A DNA stretch of 64,000 bases from NCBI GenBank assembly GCA_964471255.1, contig CAYYFB010000001.1:110798-174797 (forward strand), given 5' to 3'. Positions 21,901-30,397 of the stretch are shown here, one piece after another (the stretch's first letter is position 1; each line of letters begins with the position of its first letter). The notes beneath the pieces are model-generated. The model was given only the letters and a program-made list of their open reading frames with translations, did not search any database and was not told the DNA's origin. The stretch is from Candidatus Woesearchaeota archaeon (GTDB lineage Archaea; Nanobdellota; Nanobdellia; CAYMVK01; CAYYFB01). Position numbers and translations under genes: made by a program.

Positions 21901-22524
21901 AAAGAAATTATCAGAATGATTGGAGAAGGTCTTCTTCCGAGATTAACAAAGAAACATATTCGATTATATTCTCTAATCTTTTGGAGATTTATAGCTTCCC
22001 AAATGATTCCTTGTAAGGTGTTGTACGGAGAATTTAAAATTAGGGCAGGTCCTCTTCAAAAAATAGTAAGGTTTCCTATTAAAATCTTAGATGAAGGGTG
22101 GCTTAGGGCCACTCCAGTAATAAGTCCAGTACCGGTTGTGGAAGGGAAAGTTACTATCTTAAGAAAACGGATTAGGAAGGATTCCCCCATTTCTCTTTAT
22201 ACAGATGGGACATTAGTACAAGAAATGAAGAAAAGAGGGATAGGAAGACCTTCCACCTACGCTACTATTCTCTCCAAGCTTAAACAAAGGTACTATGTTA
22301 TTGACAAACACTACCTTATTCCAACCTCCACCGGGGAGAAACTTGTCAAGTATCTTTATGAAAAATATCCAAAGCTTGTTGATGAAAAAAGGACAAGAGA
22401 GCTTGAGGAAAAGATGAGAAAAATTGAAGAAGGTAAAATCAATTATCAGGACGTTTTGAATGAACTTTATGAAGAACTAAGAAGCCTCGGTCTTTTCTCT
22501 CAATTTAGAGAGAGCTCTTCTTAA
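18928..22524 (+). CDS. rgy: reverse gyrase (helicase-like domain fused to type IA topoisomerase)
   Basis: 1198 aa. N-terminal Zn finger CPNCHGE..CCRC. Walker A 'SPTGTGKTT'. 'FVDDID'. Helicase motif VI 'QASGRCSR'. TOPRIM 'VVESPTKARTIANFFG'. Topo-IA active-site 'ITYHRTDS'. Internal Zn ribbon CKKCG..CPRCG. Confidence 0.95.
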   Translation: MSKKGIMMAIFQGVCPNCHGEISDGRLKIRNPCCRCLSKEIIKKDLIENIKEIYFALKKEGKVLDYEKIYKEFILLDEFERFFESCVNNKLWSVQRNWAFRVLRGESFAIVSPTGTGKTTLAAALSVFLARKFEKTIYFIVPTTTLVRQVASLIEKFGLFPLYYYSGMRKKEKDAFQERLLKNSFEILITTSQFLSRNFDILKGIHFDIIFVDDIDALLRTSKNIDRVLQLIGFSQEDISLAMEVIKSKRKLLRAKKGEILNILKEIKEIKRKLEKKEKKGQIILMSATARPRGTRPKLFRELLNFQIGESATGMRNIVDAYFVTEDLDKALLEVIKKLGNGGLIFVARDFGEEKCKQLKTYLNQHGIKADTLLAGEKLDKIDLFREGEIDILIGSAHFYGVLVRGLDLPERVRYTVFYEIPRFKLKIEEALLNPFFFLYFTDEILKIKEEKELREIASNIEKFLTSVSPNAIRMLVRELKSNIPEKFTEIIKKIKRGKEIIQNLLSDPEVKKGLKEAKSFIFSPPVVVFPDVNTYIQASGRCSRLYAGGLTKGLSIILTTNEKNIKLLERRLRWKYDIIFRKLKELKLSEILEEIDKDRKKVKMIKEGKLKSERKDPVKTILLVVESPTKARTIANFFGKPCVRIRNGLRIYETSTGDMVINIVATKGHLFDLITNQYFHGVKRINNLWIPIYATIRTCKKCGEQFVGLLKCPRCGSETYSDAWERIKTIQEIAKEVDLVLIGTDADAEGEKIGWDIACAIAPFSREIKRVEFHEITERAILSALRNPRDINLKLVEAQIVRRIEDRWIGFELSEEVQREKVGYSAGRVQTPVLKWIIERYKERKNNMRFYLDIEIPIGLKIEFELPSKIKDKEDAESFADQIEEIEVEKIKEWEEILNPLPPFETNTLISEASRSLGWDSKTTMRIAQDLFELGFITYHRTDSIRVAPEGIGIAKYFIKDKFGETYFKGRSWGTGGAHECIRPTRGLEPKEIIRMIGEGLLPRLTKKHIRLYSLIFWRFIASQMIPCKVLYGEFKIRAGPLQKIVRFPIKILDEGWLRATPVISPVPVVEGKVTILRKRIRKDSPISLYTDGTLVQEMKKRGIGRPSTYATILSKLKQRYYVIDKHYLIPTSTGEKLVKYLYEKYPKLVDEKRTRELEEKMRKIEEGKINYQDVLNELYEELRSLGLFSQFRESSS

Positions 22525-23034
22525 AACCCTTCTTACCTTTCCCCTGCTCTTTAAAGATCCAAAAAGCCTAAGAGCAGTCTTCCTTATGCTTCCTGTTTTA
22601 GCTAATTCTAAAAGAATTCTTTTTTCTTCTGGGGACAATCCCCCCAACTTCAGTGCTTCGCTAGCTATTTCGTTTATTTTTCTATTTCCATACCAATATT
22701 CGTAAAACTCTTTGTTAATCCACTTTTCAATCTCAAATTTTATTACCAAGACTTTATCCTCCTCAGAAAACTTTCTTTTATAAAATTTTCTTAAAAGTTC
22801 CAGTAATTCATTCTTGGATTTTATACCATCTTTTTCCAATTCTTGTTTTGTGATTTCCTTTATCTTTTTAACACAGACGTCTTTTATTCTGGCTATTCCT
22901 ATTATTTTTCTTCCACAATCTATTCTTACTTTCTCACCAACTTTGAATTTTTCCTTTGGAGGTCTTATAGTAAGTTCTTTTTTTCTATTTAATATGCTGT
23001 CCAAAAACTTTCTTTTTATTCTAAGAACTTTCAT
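22477..23034 (-). CDS. ASCH/PUA-like domain protein with basic C-terminal tail
   Basis: 185 aa. The N-terminal ~100 aa resemble an ASCH beta-barrel ('ELTIRPP..KVGEKVRI'). Lys/Arg-rich C-terminus. Convergent 48-nt overlap with the rgy 3' end. Confidence 0.45.
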   Translation of the reverse strand: MKVLRIKRKFLDSILNRKKELTIRPPKEKFKVGEKVRIDCGRKIIGIARIKDVCVKKIKEITKQELEKDGIKSKNELLELLRKFYKRKFSEEDKVLVIKFEIEKWINKEFYEYWYGNRKINEIASEALKLGGLSPEEKRILLELAKTGSIRKTALRLFGSLKSRGKVRRVLRRALSKLREKTEAS

Positions 23035-23156
23035 ATCTACAAGGTTAAATAGAAAGTTCTAGAAATTTATTTTCGTTGTTCTGAAGATCTGAGAATAAGG
23101 AAAATCTCCATTATATTTTTATTCCCTAAATGCTCTTCCTACAAAAGATTTAGAAC

Positions 23157-23231
23157 TGCCCCCGCCGGGATTTGAACCCGGGTCTCGGGCTCGAAAGGCC
23201 CGTATCCTAGTCCTGGCTAGACGACGGGGGC
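23157..23231 (-). tRNA. tRNA-Glu(UUC)
   Basis: Reverse complement reads GCCCCCG UC GUCU..; anticodon stem CGGGC/GCCCG with loop CUUUCGA; T-arm CCGGGTTCAAATCCCGG; acceptor CGGGGGC. Confidence 0.85.
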
Positions 23232-23262
23232 ACATTATTATTTCTTCCCGAGACATCATAAA

Positions 23263-23727
23263 ATGTTAGATAATGCTTTAATAATCATGGTAGAGGATTA
23301 TGAAATTTTTGTGGCACCAGAAGTGAGAAAGGTTAAGAAGGCTATTAAGGAAATTTCAAAAGATATTTCTGACCTTAAGGAGAGTGTAGAATCCAGTATA
23401 TCAAAATTTATCGATGCTATTGGCTCTCTTAAATCGGAGGTCGAGAAAATGTCTACTGTTTCACTAAATCTCATAGCAAAGATGACCGAATTGATGATAA
23501 AAATCACCGACTTAACCAAAGAAACAAAAGAGTTAGTTGAAATCATAAAGATAGCCGGAGAGGAAACTACAAAGCCATCTGAAGTCGGGATAAAGGAGGG
23601 AATAAGTAAAGAAATCCTAGAAGAAATATCCGCTCTAAAAAAAGAAATAGAGGAGATTAAAGAAAAACTCAAAGAAAAAAGCTTTTCTGATAAACGACCA
23701 GTTGTCCTGCCTAAGATAGTAAAATGA
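23263..23727 (+). CDS. coiled-coil protein at head of pilus operon
   Basis: 154 aa. Heptad-rich, acidic. No TM. Operonic with the pilin gene at 23724. Confidence 0.45.
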   Translation: MLDNALIIMVEDYEIFVAPEVRKVKKAIKEISKDISDLKESVESSISKFIDAIGSLKSEVEKMSTVSLNLIAKMTELMIKITDLTKETKELVEIIKIAGEETTKPSEVGIKEGISKEILEEISALKKEIEEIKEKLKEKSFSDKRPVVLPKIVK

Positions 23728-24167
23728 AAGGAATATCCCCTATTGTATCTACTGTTCTTCTTATATTAGTTACTCTTGTTATTTCAACTCTTTTCTTTCT
23801 TTGGTACAGCAGCTTTGAGAAGAAAATAAGATCCGAAATAGAAAGAAGAGCTGAAGAAGAAGTCGGAAGATTTGCTTACAAAATAAGCGTAGAGACCGTT
23901 TTCTGTAATACCTCTTCTAAGGAAGTAAAAATATTTATTAGAAATGTAGGGGAAAAAGAAATACCTACAGGTCAGGCTTATGTTTATATCTATGATGAAA
24001 ACATGCAATTATTGTATTCATCTCCGGAAGATTTTGAAGAGTTGCCTCCAGACAATGTTAGGGTTCTGAATATTACCTGGAATGGTTTAGCTCCTAATAG
24101 TCATTATTATGTTAAAGTCACCGTTCCGAAGTATCCCGAAGGGGATGTAGGAGATTGTGAAACATGA
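23724..24167 (+). CDS. archaeal type IV pilin/flagellin-like protein (class-III signal peptide)
   Basis: Starts 'MKG|ISPIVSTVLLILVTLVISTLFF', the archaeal pilin N-terminal domain pattern (K/R-G then I-S-P-V/I..). Confidence 0.7.
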   Translation: MKGISPIVSTVLLILVTLVISTLFFLWYSSFEKKIRSEIERRAEEEVGRFAYKISVETVFCNTSSKEVKIFIRNVGEKEIPTGQAYVYIYDENMQLLYSSPEDFEELPPDNVRVLNITWNGLAPNSHYYVKVTVPKYPEGDVGDCET

Positions 24168-25045
24168 GCCCCCTTCTCCAAAAGGTCCTTCTTACTTTAT
24201 TAGTCTCTTTGGTAGCATTTTCAACATACTTCTGGGCTTCCCCACTAGTCAAAAAGAATGTTGAAAAAGGGGAAATTGGCACTTGTGTCTCTCTGCTGGA
24301 GAGCCTAGGTAAAAAAATATTACTTATAGGTTTGACTGGAGGAAAAACCGACTTGGACATCTATTTGCCAGGGGAGCTATTCATCAAAAAAGACTACATT
24401 GAGCTAAGAATAAAATCTAAATTTCCCCTTATTTCGCAAGCTAATTTTCTTCCAATAAACTCTTATTTCATGCCGTATGAGAGGAAGAAAAATGTCTATC
24501 TGCCTGATCTTGTGAGAAATTGTTCGCAGGTAAACTGTACTTGGTGTTTAAAGTATAATTGTGATATAAAAGAAGTTAAGATAGGAAATTATACAAATAT
24601 AACAAAATTTGCGATTTTTTGGATTTATGATAAATACTCATCCGTTTGCTTTACCAACGATTCCTTTGAAGATAATTATCTTAATATCGATGCAGACTAT
24701 TGTTTTTTCGAAGGAGAAAAATACAAAAACAAAAAAATTTTCCTAATTGATGAAGGAGGGGATTATTTTATAACTGAAGGAAATTTGGTTAAAACAAAAG
24801 TGGACGATCCCGGAGAAAGGGTCATTGTGGTAGGGAAAAGCATCGGAGGAAAAAAATATATAACAATATTCAGATTGTACATACTTAACTTTGTTGATGA
24901 GCTTGGAAGAGAAGAGGAAATATTCATAATATGCCCAAAGAACTGCTGGAAAACCTCTGGTGCTCATGAGATGGAAATCGCGTTTATTAATTCAACAACC
25001 AATGGTTCACATATAAGGAAATTTATATCTATTCATTTCAAATAA
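24164..25045 (+). CDS. N-terminally anchored Cys-containing protein of pilus operon
   Basis: 293 aa. N-terminal TM. Between the pilin and the ATPase. Confidence 0.45.
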   Translation: MSPLLQKVLLTLLVSLVAFSTYFWASPLVKKNVEKGEIGTCVSLLESLGKKILLIGLTGGKTDLDIYLPGELFIKKDYIELRIKSKFPLISQANFLPINSYFMPYERKKNVYLPDLVRNCSQVNCTWCLKYNCDIKEVKIGNYTNITKFAIFWIYDKYSSVCFTNDSFEDNYLNIDADYCFFEGEKYKNKKIFLIDEGGDYFITEGNLVKTKVDDPGERVIVVGKSIGGKKYITIFRLYILNFVDELGREEEIFIICPKNCWKTSGAHEMEIAFINSTTNGSHIRKFISIHFK

Positions 25046-25047
25046 TT

Positions 25048-26832
25048 GTGGATATAAGAAAGTTATTAGAAAAAATTAGAGAAGCAAGAAGGAGAAAAAT
25101 TTTGGAGAAATATTTTGGCAAGGTGATTGAAGAAAGAGAAAAGGAAATAAAGGCAAAAAAGCCCTCTATTATTTCTGCCCCACAAGTAATAATAGAAGGG
25201 ATGCCAGTAACTTCCAAAGCCCCTGCAAAAATTGGGGGGCCCATTATTTTTACCTATAAGCCTTTGGAGTTACCCGAAGAAGAGATAATTGAAAAAGAAA
25301 TAAGATCTCTTATCTTACCTAGAGAGGTTACTAAGGAGTTACAAAGGGTTCACGAAAGGAAACCTCTCATCTATATAGAATTTGAAGGAAAAAGGAAGGC
25401 CATGGCTTTTTGCGAAATAAAATGGGATAAAGAAATGCAATCGTTGATTTATCGTGTTATAGAACCAAAACTAGATGAAAAAGAAAAAAAGGCACTAGAA
25501 GAGATAAAAAATTATATTGAAGAAAAGTTAGATATAGATTTCACAGCAATAAAGAATGTAGAAGAGGCTTTTGAATACATTAAAGAGAAATTCAGAGAAG
25601 GAGTAAAGAAGATAGGGTTAAAATTCAATGAAGAGCAAAAATTTAAACTTTTATATTACCTATACAGAGATCTCATAGGCCTCGAAAAAATAGAGCCCTT
25701 GATGCGGGATCCTGATATTGAAGATATTTCTTGTGGTGGTGTCGGGTTACCAATATTTATTTACCATAGAAACCCACTTTACGGTGAAATGCCAACTAAT
25801 ATTGTTTTCACTTCTGCTGAAGAATTAGACAATTTCATTATAAAACTTGCTCAAAGGTGTGGAAGGAGTATCTCAGTCGCTAAGCCGCTTCTTGACGGAA
25901 GTTTGCCTGACGGCTCTAGAGTTCAATGTACTTTAGGGACAGATATAGCTAGAAGAGGGAGTAACTTTACTATAAGGAAGTTCTTCAGAAGGATACTCAT
26001 TCCAACAGATCTTATTTCTAATAATACTTTAAATGAAATACTTTTTTCCTATCTTTGGCTGCTAGTTGAAGCAAAAATGAACATTTTAATCGCTGGACCT
26101 ACAGCTTCCGGAAAAACAACGCTCCTAAATTGTCTTTGCCTTTTTATTCGTCCTGAGATGAAGATAGTTTCTATCGAAGACACGGCAGAGATAAGGCTAC
26201 CACACCCTAATTGGGTCCCTCATGTAAGTAGAGAGGCTTTTGGCCCGCATGGATATGGAAAGGTAACCTTATTTGACTTACTGAAAGCCTCTCTACGTCA
26301 GAGACCAGATTATATAATAGTAGGAGAAGTGAGGGGTAGGGAAGCCTATGTTATGTTCCAAGCCATGGCAATTGGACATGCATGTATGGGCACCATCCAT
26401 GCAGAGGACTTGGATACTATTATCTCCAGATTGACAACCCCACCCATTAACTTGCCAAAGTCCTTGCTAGCAAACCTTGACGCTGTCGTTTTCTTGACAG
26501 CAACAAAAATAAGAGGAAAGTTCAGCAGAAGAGTTAGCAATATAACTGAAATAACCGGATTTGATCCAAGAAGAAACAGGGTTCTTAGGAAAATATCATT
26601 TAAATGGATCCCAGCAGAAGATAAATTTCAAAGCCAGGGGAGCGAGATTTTAGAAAAAGCAGGAAAGAGATTGGGGCTAGAATCCACCGAACTCGTAGAA
26701 GAGCTCAGAAGACGGGCGCTTTTACTTAAATGGCTAACGGAAAAGGGTATTAGGGATTATAAAGAGTTTTGGCGGTATATTGGTCTTTATTACTATAACC
26801 CTGAAGAATTATCAAAAATTATGAGAAAATGA
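25048..26832 (+). CDS. FlaI/TadA(CpaF)/VirB11-family secretion ATPase
   Basis: Walker A 'LIAGPTASGKTTLLN'. Asp box 'IVSIEDTAEI'. Walker B 'DYIIVGEVRG'. His box 'GHACMGTIHA'. ~230-aa N-terminal extension. Confidence 0.85.
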   Translation: MDIRKLLEKIREARRRKILEKYFGKVIEEREKEIKAKKPSIISAPQVIIEGMPVTSKAPAKIGGPIIFTYKPLELPEEEIIEKEIRSLILPREVTKELQRVHERKPLIYIEFEGKRKAMAFCEIKWDKEMQSLIYRVIEPKLDEKEKKALEEIKNYIEEKLDIDFTAIKNVEEAFEYIKEKFREGVKKIGLKFNEEQKFKLLYYLYRDLIGLEKIEPLMRDPDIEDISCGGVGLPIFIYHRNPLYGEMPTNIVFTSAEELDNFIIKLAQRCGRSISVAKPLLDGSLPDGSRVQCTLGTDIARRGSNFTIRKFFRRILIPTDLISNNTLNEILFSYLWLLVEAKMNILIAGPTASGKTTLLNCLCLFIRPEMKIVSIEDTAEIRLPHPNWVPHVSREAFGPHGYGKVTLFDLLKASLRQRPDYIIVGEVRGREAYVMFQAMAIGHACMGTIHAEDLDTIISRLTTPPINLPKSLLANLDAVVFLTATKIRGKFSRRVSNITEITGFDPRRNRVLRKISFKWIPAEDKFQSQGSEILEKAGKRLGLESTELVEELRRRALLLKWLTEKGIRDYKEFWRYIGLYYYNPEELSKIMRK

Positions 26833-26833
26833 T

Positions 26834-27691
26834 ATGATATCAGGAATTTCTTGGAGAATAGGTAAAGTTCTTTCAAAAAAATTTCCAGAAGTGAGAAGCT
26901 ACCTAAAAATTGCTGGGATAAAAAAGACTAGTGAGGAATATCTAGGGCAATGGTTTCTTATTTCAGTATTTTTATCAATAGCTACGGGCCCACCACTAAT
27001 TGTACTCATGGATTTGCTGCAAAAAGTTTTTCCTAGTAAATATCTTTTTATTTTAATATTAACCATTCCACCTATCGTTTTCTTTTCTGTCTTTCTATTT
27101 TCCCTTTTTTATCCAAAATTTAAGGCTGAAGAGAGAAGACACAGGCTGGAAAATGTTCTCCCATTTGCCTGCTGTTACATGGCATGTATTGCTTCCTCAG
27201 GTGTTCCTCCTTACATGATGTTTAAATTCATGGCAAAAATGAAAGAATTCGGTGAGGTTTCTAAGGAATGCCAAAGTATAGAGAGAAATATGGAAATATT
27301 TGGATATACATTCTCAGAGGCTCTTTCTTTGGCTATGAGATATTCGCCGTCACCCAAATGGAAAGAACTCCTCTCAGGGATCCTCTCTACTTCTACCGGA
27401 GGGGGAGATATAACTTCTTTCTTACTAGAAGCTTCGAAGAAGTATAGCGAAGAGATGAAAAGAAAAATAAAAGACTTTTCGCATCTTGTCTCGATTCTTC
27501 TTGAAATTTATATCACAATAGTAATTACTGGGACGATAATGAGTAATATAATGATTTTACTTATGGGAGTAATGGGAGGACTTTCCAATATTCTGCTTTG
27601 GATTCAATATGCTCTTACTTTCTTCTTAGTTCCTGTCGCAACCTTCTTACTAATTTTATTTATTAGGGCAGCCTCTCCCGTAAAGATATGA
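26834..27691 (+). CDS. TadB-like T2SS-F-domain membrane protein
   Basis: 285 aa. Cytoplasmic helical T2SSF-like domain ('SEALSLAMRYSPSPKWKELLSGI..GGGDITSFL') followed by TM helices. Confidence 0.6.
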   Translation: MISGISWRIGKVLSKKFPEVRSYLKIAGIKKTSEEYLGQWFLISVFLSIATGPPLIVLMDLLQKVFPSKYLFILILTIPPIVFFSVFLFSLFYPKFKAEERRHRLENVLPFACCYMACIASSGVPPYMMFKFMAKMKEFGEVSKECQSIERNMEIFGYTFSEALSLAMRYSPSPKWKELLSGILSTSTGGGDITSFLLEASKKYSEEMKRKIKDFSHLVSILLEIYITIVITGTIMSNIMILLMGVMGGLSNILLWIQYALTFFLVPVATFLLILFIRAASPVKI

Positions 27692-28761
27692 GATATGGAT
27701 GGTTTAGCATCCTATTACTTTTGCTCGGATTTTTCCTATTTTTTTCATTAATTAGGAAGGAAGAAATTTTCAAGGCAATTTATTCACTCGCTCTGTCCAT
27801 AATTCTTTCTATAGCTATTTTTTTCATTGATTTCTATTTTTATATTTCTCAAATCAAGAAAATGGAGGAAATGTTCCCTGAATTTCTGTCTTCTCTTTCC
27901 AGTGCTCTGAAATCAGGAATGACAATAACACAGGCTTTTAAACATACTTCAGGTCTTAAACTTGGTCCCCTTACTCCTCTAATAAAAAAGGCATTTTACA
28001 AATTAAGTTGGGGGATACCCTTTCCTAAAGTGATAAAGGATCTTCAAAAGAGCATACCATCAAAAGAAATAAAAAATGCTTTGTCAGTAATTCGGGAGTC
28101 TTATTACATCGGTGGGGAACTTGTAAAGACCCTCGATACTCTTTCAGATTCTCTCAGAAGAATAAGAGAAATAAAAAAAGACATTCAAACAACCCTTGGA
28201 GAGCATTTAAAGGTTATATACACTATAAACTTCCTTTTTATGGTCATCTTAATCGTAATGTACAATGTACTGATCCCTCTCCAAATTTATGGAGTTGAAG
28301 GCACTGAAGAATTTGGATTAACTTTAAGAATAAATGTCGAGAAATACAAATTGAGTTTTCTAGCTTTTGGGATCGTAGTGGGGGCATGTTCTGGAGTACT
28401 GGCCGGGACAATTGTAGGGGAAAAAATCACGGAAGGATTAAAGCATGCCTTAATATTGGTATGTATTAATACTATACTCCTGTCTTTTTTAATAGTAAGA
28501 AAGTCTATTATCTTTGAGATTAATTTTCCACCAGAGATAGAAGTAGGAAGAGTCTATAAGATAGAAGGAACCCTACTCATTGAAGGAGAGCCTTGCTCTG
28601 GAAGATTTATAATAGAGGAGTGGAATAAATCAGGAATTATCTCCAACGGCAAGTTTTTCTTTTCTATAAAATTTTTAGAAAAAGGAAAGAAAGAAGCAAC
28701 ATTCGTCGCAATATGTGGGAAAGAAAGGGTAAAAAGAAAAATAAATATAGAGGTGAAGTAA
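27688..28761 (+). CDS. TadC-like T2SS-F-domain membrane protein with C-terminal beta-rich extension
   Basis: 357 aa. 'ALKSGMTITQAFKHTSG..' T2SSF-like domain plus TM helices. Extra ~100-aa soluble C-terminus. Confidence 0.6.
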   Translation: MRYGWFSILLLLLGFFLFFSLIRKEEIFKAIYSLALSIILSIAIFFIDFYFYISQIKKMEEMFPEFLSSLSSALKSGMTITQAFKHTSGLKLGPLTPLIKKAFYKLSWGIPFPKVIKDLQKSIPSKEIKNALSVIRESYYIGGELVKTLDTLSDSLRRIREIKKDIQTTLGEHLKVIYTINFLFMVILIVMYNVLIPLQIYGVEGTEEFGLTLRINVEKYKLSFLAFGIVVGACSGVLAGTIVGEKITEGLKHALILVCINTILLSFLIVRKSIIFEINFPPEIEVGRVYKIEGTLLIEGEPCSGRFIIEEWNKSGIISNGKFFFSIKFLEKGKKEATFVAICGKERVKRKINIEVK

Positions 28762-28825
28762 GCTGACCCCGGCAAGATATATTTCCTACCTTTACTTCTT
28801 TTCTCTCCTCCTATTTTCAATCTAT

Positions 28826-29317
28826 TTGATATTTAATGAAATGAGATCTCCAAGGTATAGCCACAAATTACCCCTTTGCCTTGAGAGAGTTCCATGGTTA
28901 ATCTTTTCGACTTATTATGATGACAAATTAGCGAACTCATCTTTAATTATTTTTAGAAGATTAGGAAAAATTTGTATTATCAATCAAAACACCTCCGTCA
29001 ATTTGAGTTTAATAACTGACTGCAAAAATTTCACTCTACAGGGAACAGAAGCTAGTGATAAAATCGAAGTCACTGAGGAGGATAGGCTTTTTGGGGAGAA
29101 TCTTACTTATTTAAAAATATTTCTGAGAAGCGAAAATCCTAATGATAGAGATCAAGTATGCTTTGTTTGTCAATCTCCTTTTTTTATTAGAATAAAGCAT
29201 ACAAATAAATCCTATTGTGTTGGCAACTTCTGTCCTTCCAAATGCCCTGGTAAGCTTTCTATGAGAGAATACTTTGAAACATATAGGGGGATGCTTATAA
29301 AGGTAAGGGAAGTATGA
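28826..29317 (+). CDS. hypothetical Cys-containing protein
   Basis: 163 aa. No recognisable motif. Operonic. Confidence 0.35.
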   Translation: MIFNEMRSPRYSHKLPLCLERVPWLIFSTYYDDKLANSSLIIFRRLGKICIINQNTSVNLSLITDCKNFTLQGTEASDKIEVTEEDRLFGENLTYLKIFLRSENPNDRDQVCFVCQSPFFIRIKHTNKSYCVGNFCPSKCPGKLSMREYFETYRGMLIKVREV

Positions 29318-30234
29318 AAGGCTTCTATATTTATCTAGAGCTGGCTCTTTGTGTGTTTTTAATTTTTTTGACTTATCTGCATATTCAGGCAAGAATTCCA
29401 AAAATTGAAATAAAGGAAGAGGCCTGTCCTTACTACAAGTATTATGCCCTTCTAAAATCCTTAAGACCTTTCTTAGTTGAATACATAGACTCTGGTAAGC
29501 TTTACTTAATCGACGATTTACTGGAGGGGGCATTGGACAAAGAGGTTTCAGTTGATATTCTGATATACACACCAGTGAGAGTTACCAATTATTTCAATGA
29601 AACAAAAAATTGTGTACTAGGAATAGTATACAATTTTTGCAATGGAACTAACTTCAATACCATTAGAATTGAAAAAGAAGGAGCATTAAGGACAATGATA
29701 AGAAAAAACTGGAGAAAAAAGATTATAAAAATAAACGCCAGCAAAGGCTGCTTCAAATTAGATTTGTCTTTCCCAGCAGGCATGAACACTTCCTGCCTTC
29801 GAGTTTTCTGGAAAGGCTACCCTCTGAAAATAGGATATAATGGCTCTTTATTGGTCTGTTCACCAGTAAATTTGACTAATGATATCATAGACATATACTA
29901 TTGTCTTGGGTATACTGTGGCCCAACCGCAGTTGACAAATATAACAGCCAATGAATCTGCCACTTGGGGTGAAATATCCGACACTGAAGCCGATATTGGG
30001 GAAGCATATTTCTTAGCATCTATCCCTCCCGGCCCTAATTTATTCTATCTTGTATATGGAATTGGAAATCTCCCTCTGTTTTCAAACTATTCCCTCAAAG
30101 TTAACTGTAGTATGCCAATATATGTTCCAGAGTACTCCTGTAAAGCAGAAAGAGGTAAGATAATAGAAGGAAAAAGGTTTTCAATTGCTGTTCCTTTCTC
30201 AAAGGGTGTGGCCGTTCTTTATATAACCATATAG
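29314..30234 (+). CDS. pilin-like secreted protein (MKG|FYIYLELALCVFLIFL)
   Basis: 306 aa. Class-III-like N-terminus. Cys- and N-x-S/T-rich ectodomain. Confidence 0.45.
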   Translation: MKGFYIYLELALCVFLIFLTYLHIQARIPKIEIKEEACPYYKYYALLKSLRPFLVEYIDSGKLYLIDDLLEGALDKEVSVDILIYTPVRVTNYFNETKNCVLGIVYNFCNGTNFNTIRIEKEGALRTMIRKNWRKKIIKINASKGCFKLDLSFPAGMNTSCLRVFWKGYPLKIGYNGSLLVCSPVNLTNDIIDIYYCLGYTVAQPQLTNITANESATWGEISDTEADIGEAYFLASIPPGPNLFYLVYGIGNLPLFSNYSLKVNCSMPIYVPEYSCKAERGKIIEGKRFSIAVPFSKGVAVLYITI

Positions 30235-30236
30235 TG

Positions 30237-30354
30237 TCGGCGGCTTGAGGATTTCCCACCCCATCTCGGGGCAGTACTCTCCCCAACGCGGGCAGGCTTA
30301 ACTTCCGAGTTCGGTATGGGATCGGGTGTTTCCCTGCCCGCTATGGCCGCCGAC
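30237..30354 (-). rRNA. rrf: 5S rRNA (solitary)
   Basis: Reverse complement reads GTCGGCGGCCATAGCGGGCAGGGAAACACCCGATCCCATACCGAACTCGGAAGTTAAGCCTGCCCGCGTTGGGGAGAGTACTGCCCCGAGATGGGGTGGGAAATCCTCAAGCCGCCGAC, an archaeal 5S consensus. Confidence 0.9.
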
Positions 30355-30397
30355 AAAGATATAACAACTGAGCACTCTTAAATGCTTTACACTCAAT

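Noticed and set aside
29111-29572. 153-aa minus-strand ORF overlapping the 28826 and 29314 + genes
   Set aside because: Overlaps two co-directional, translationally coupled genes. No motif.
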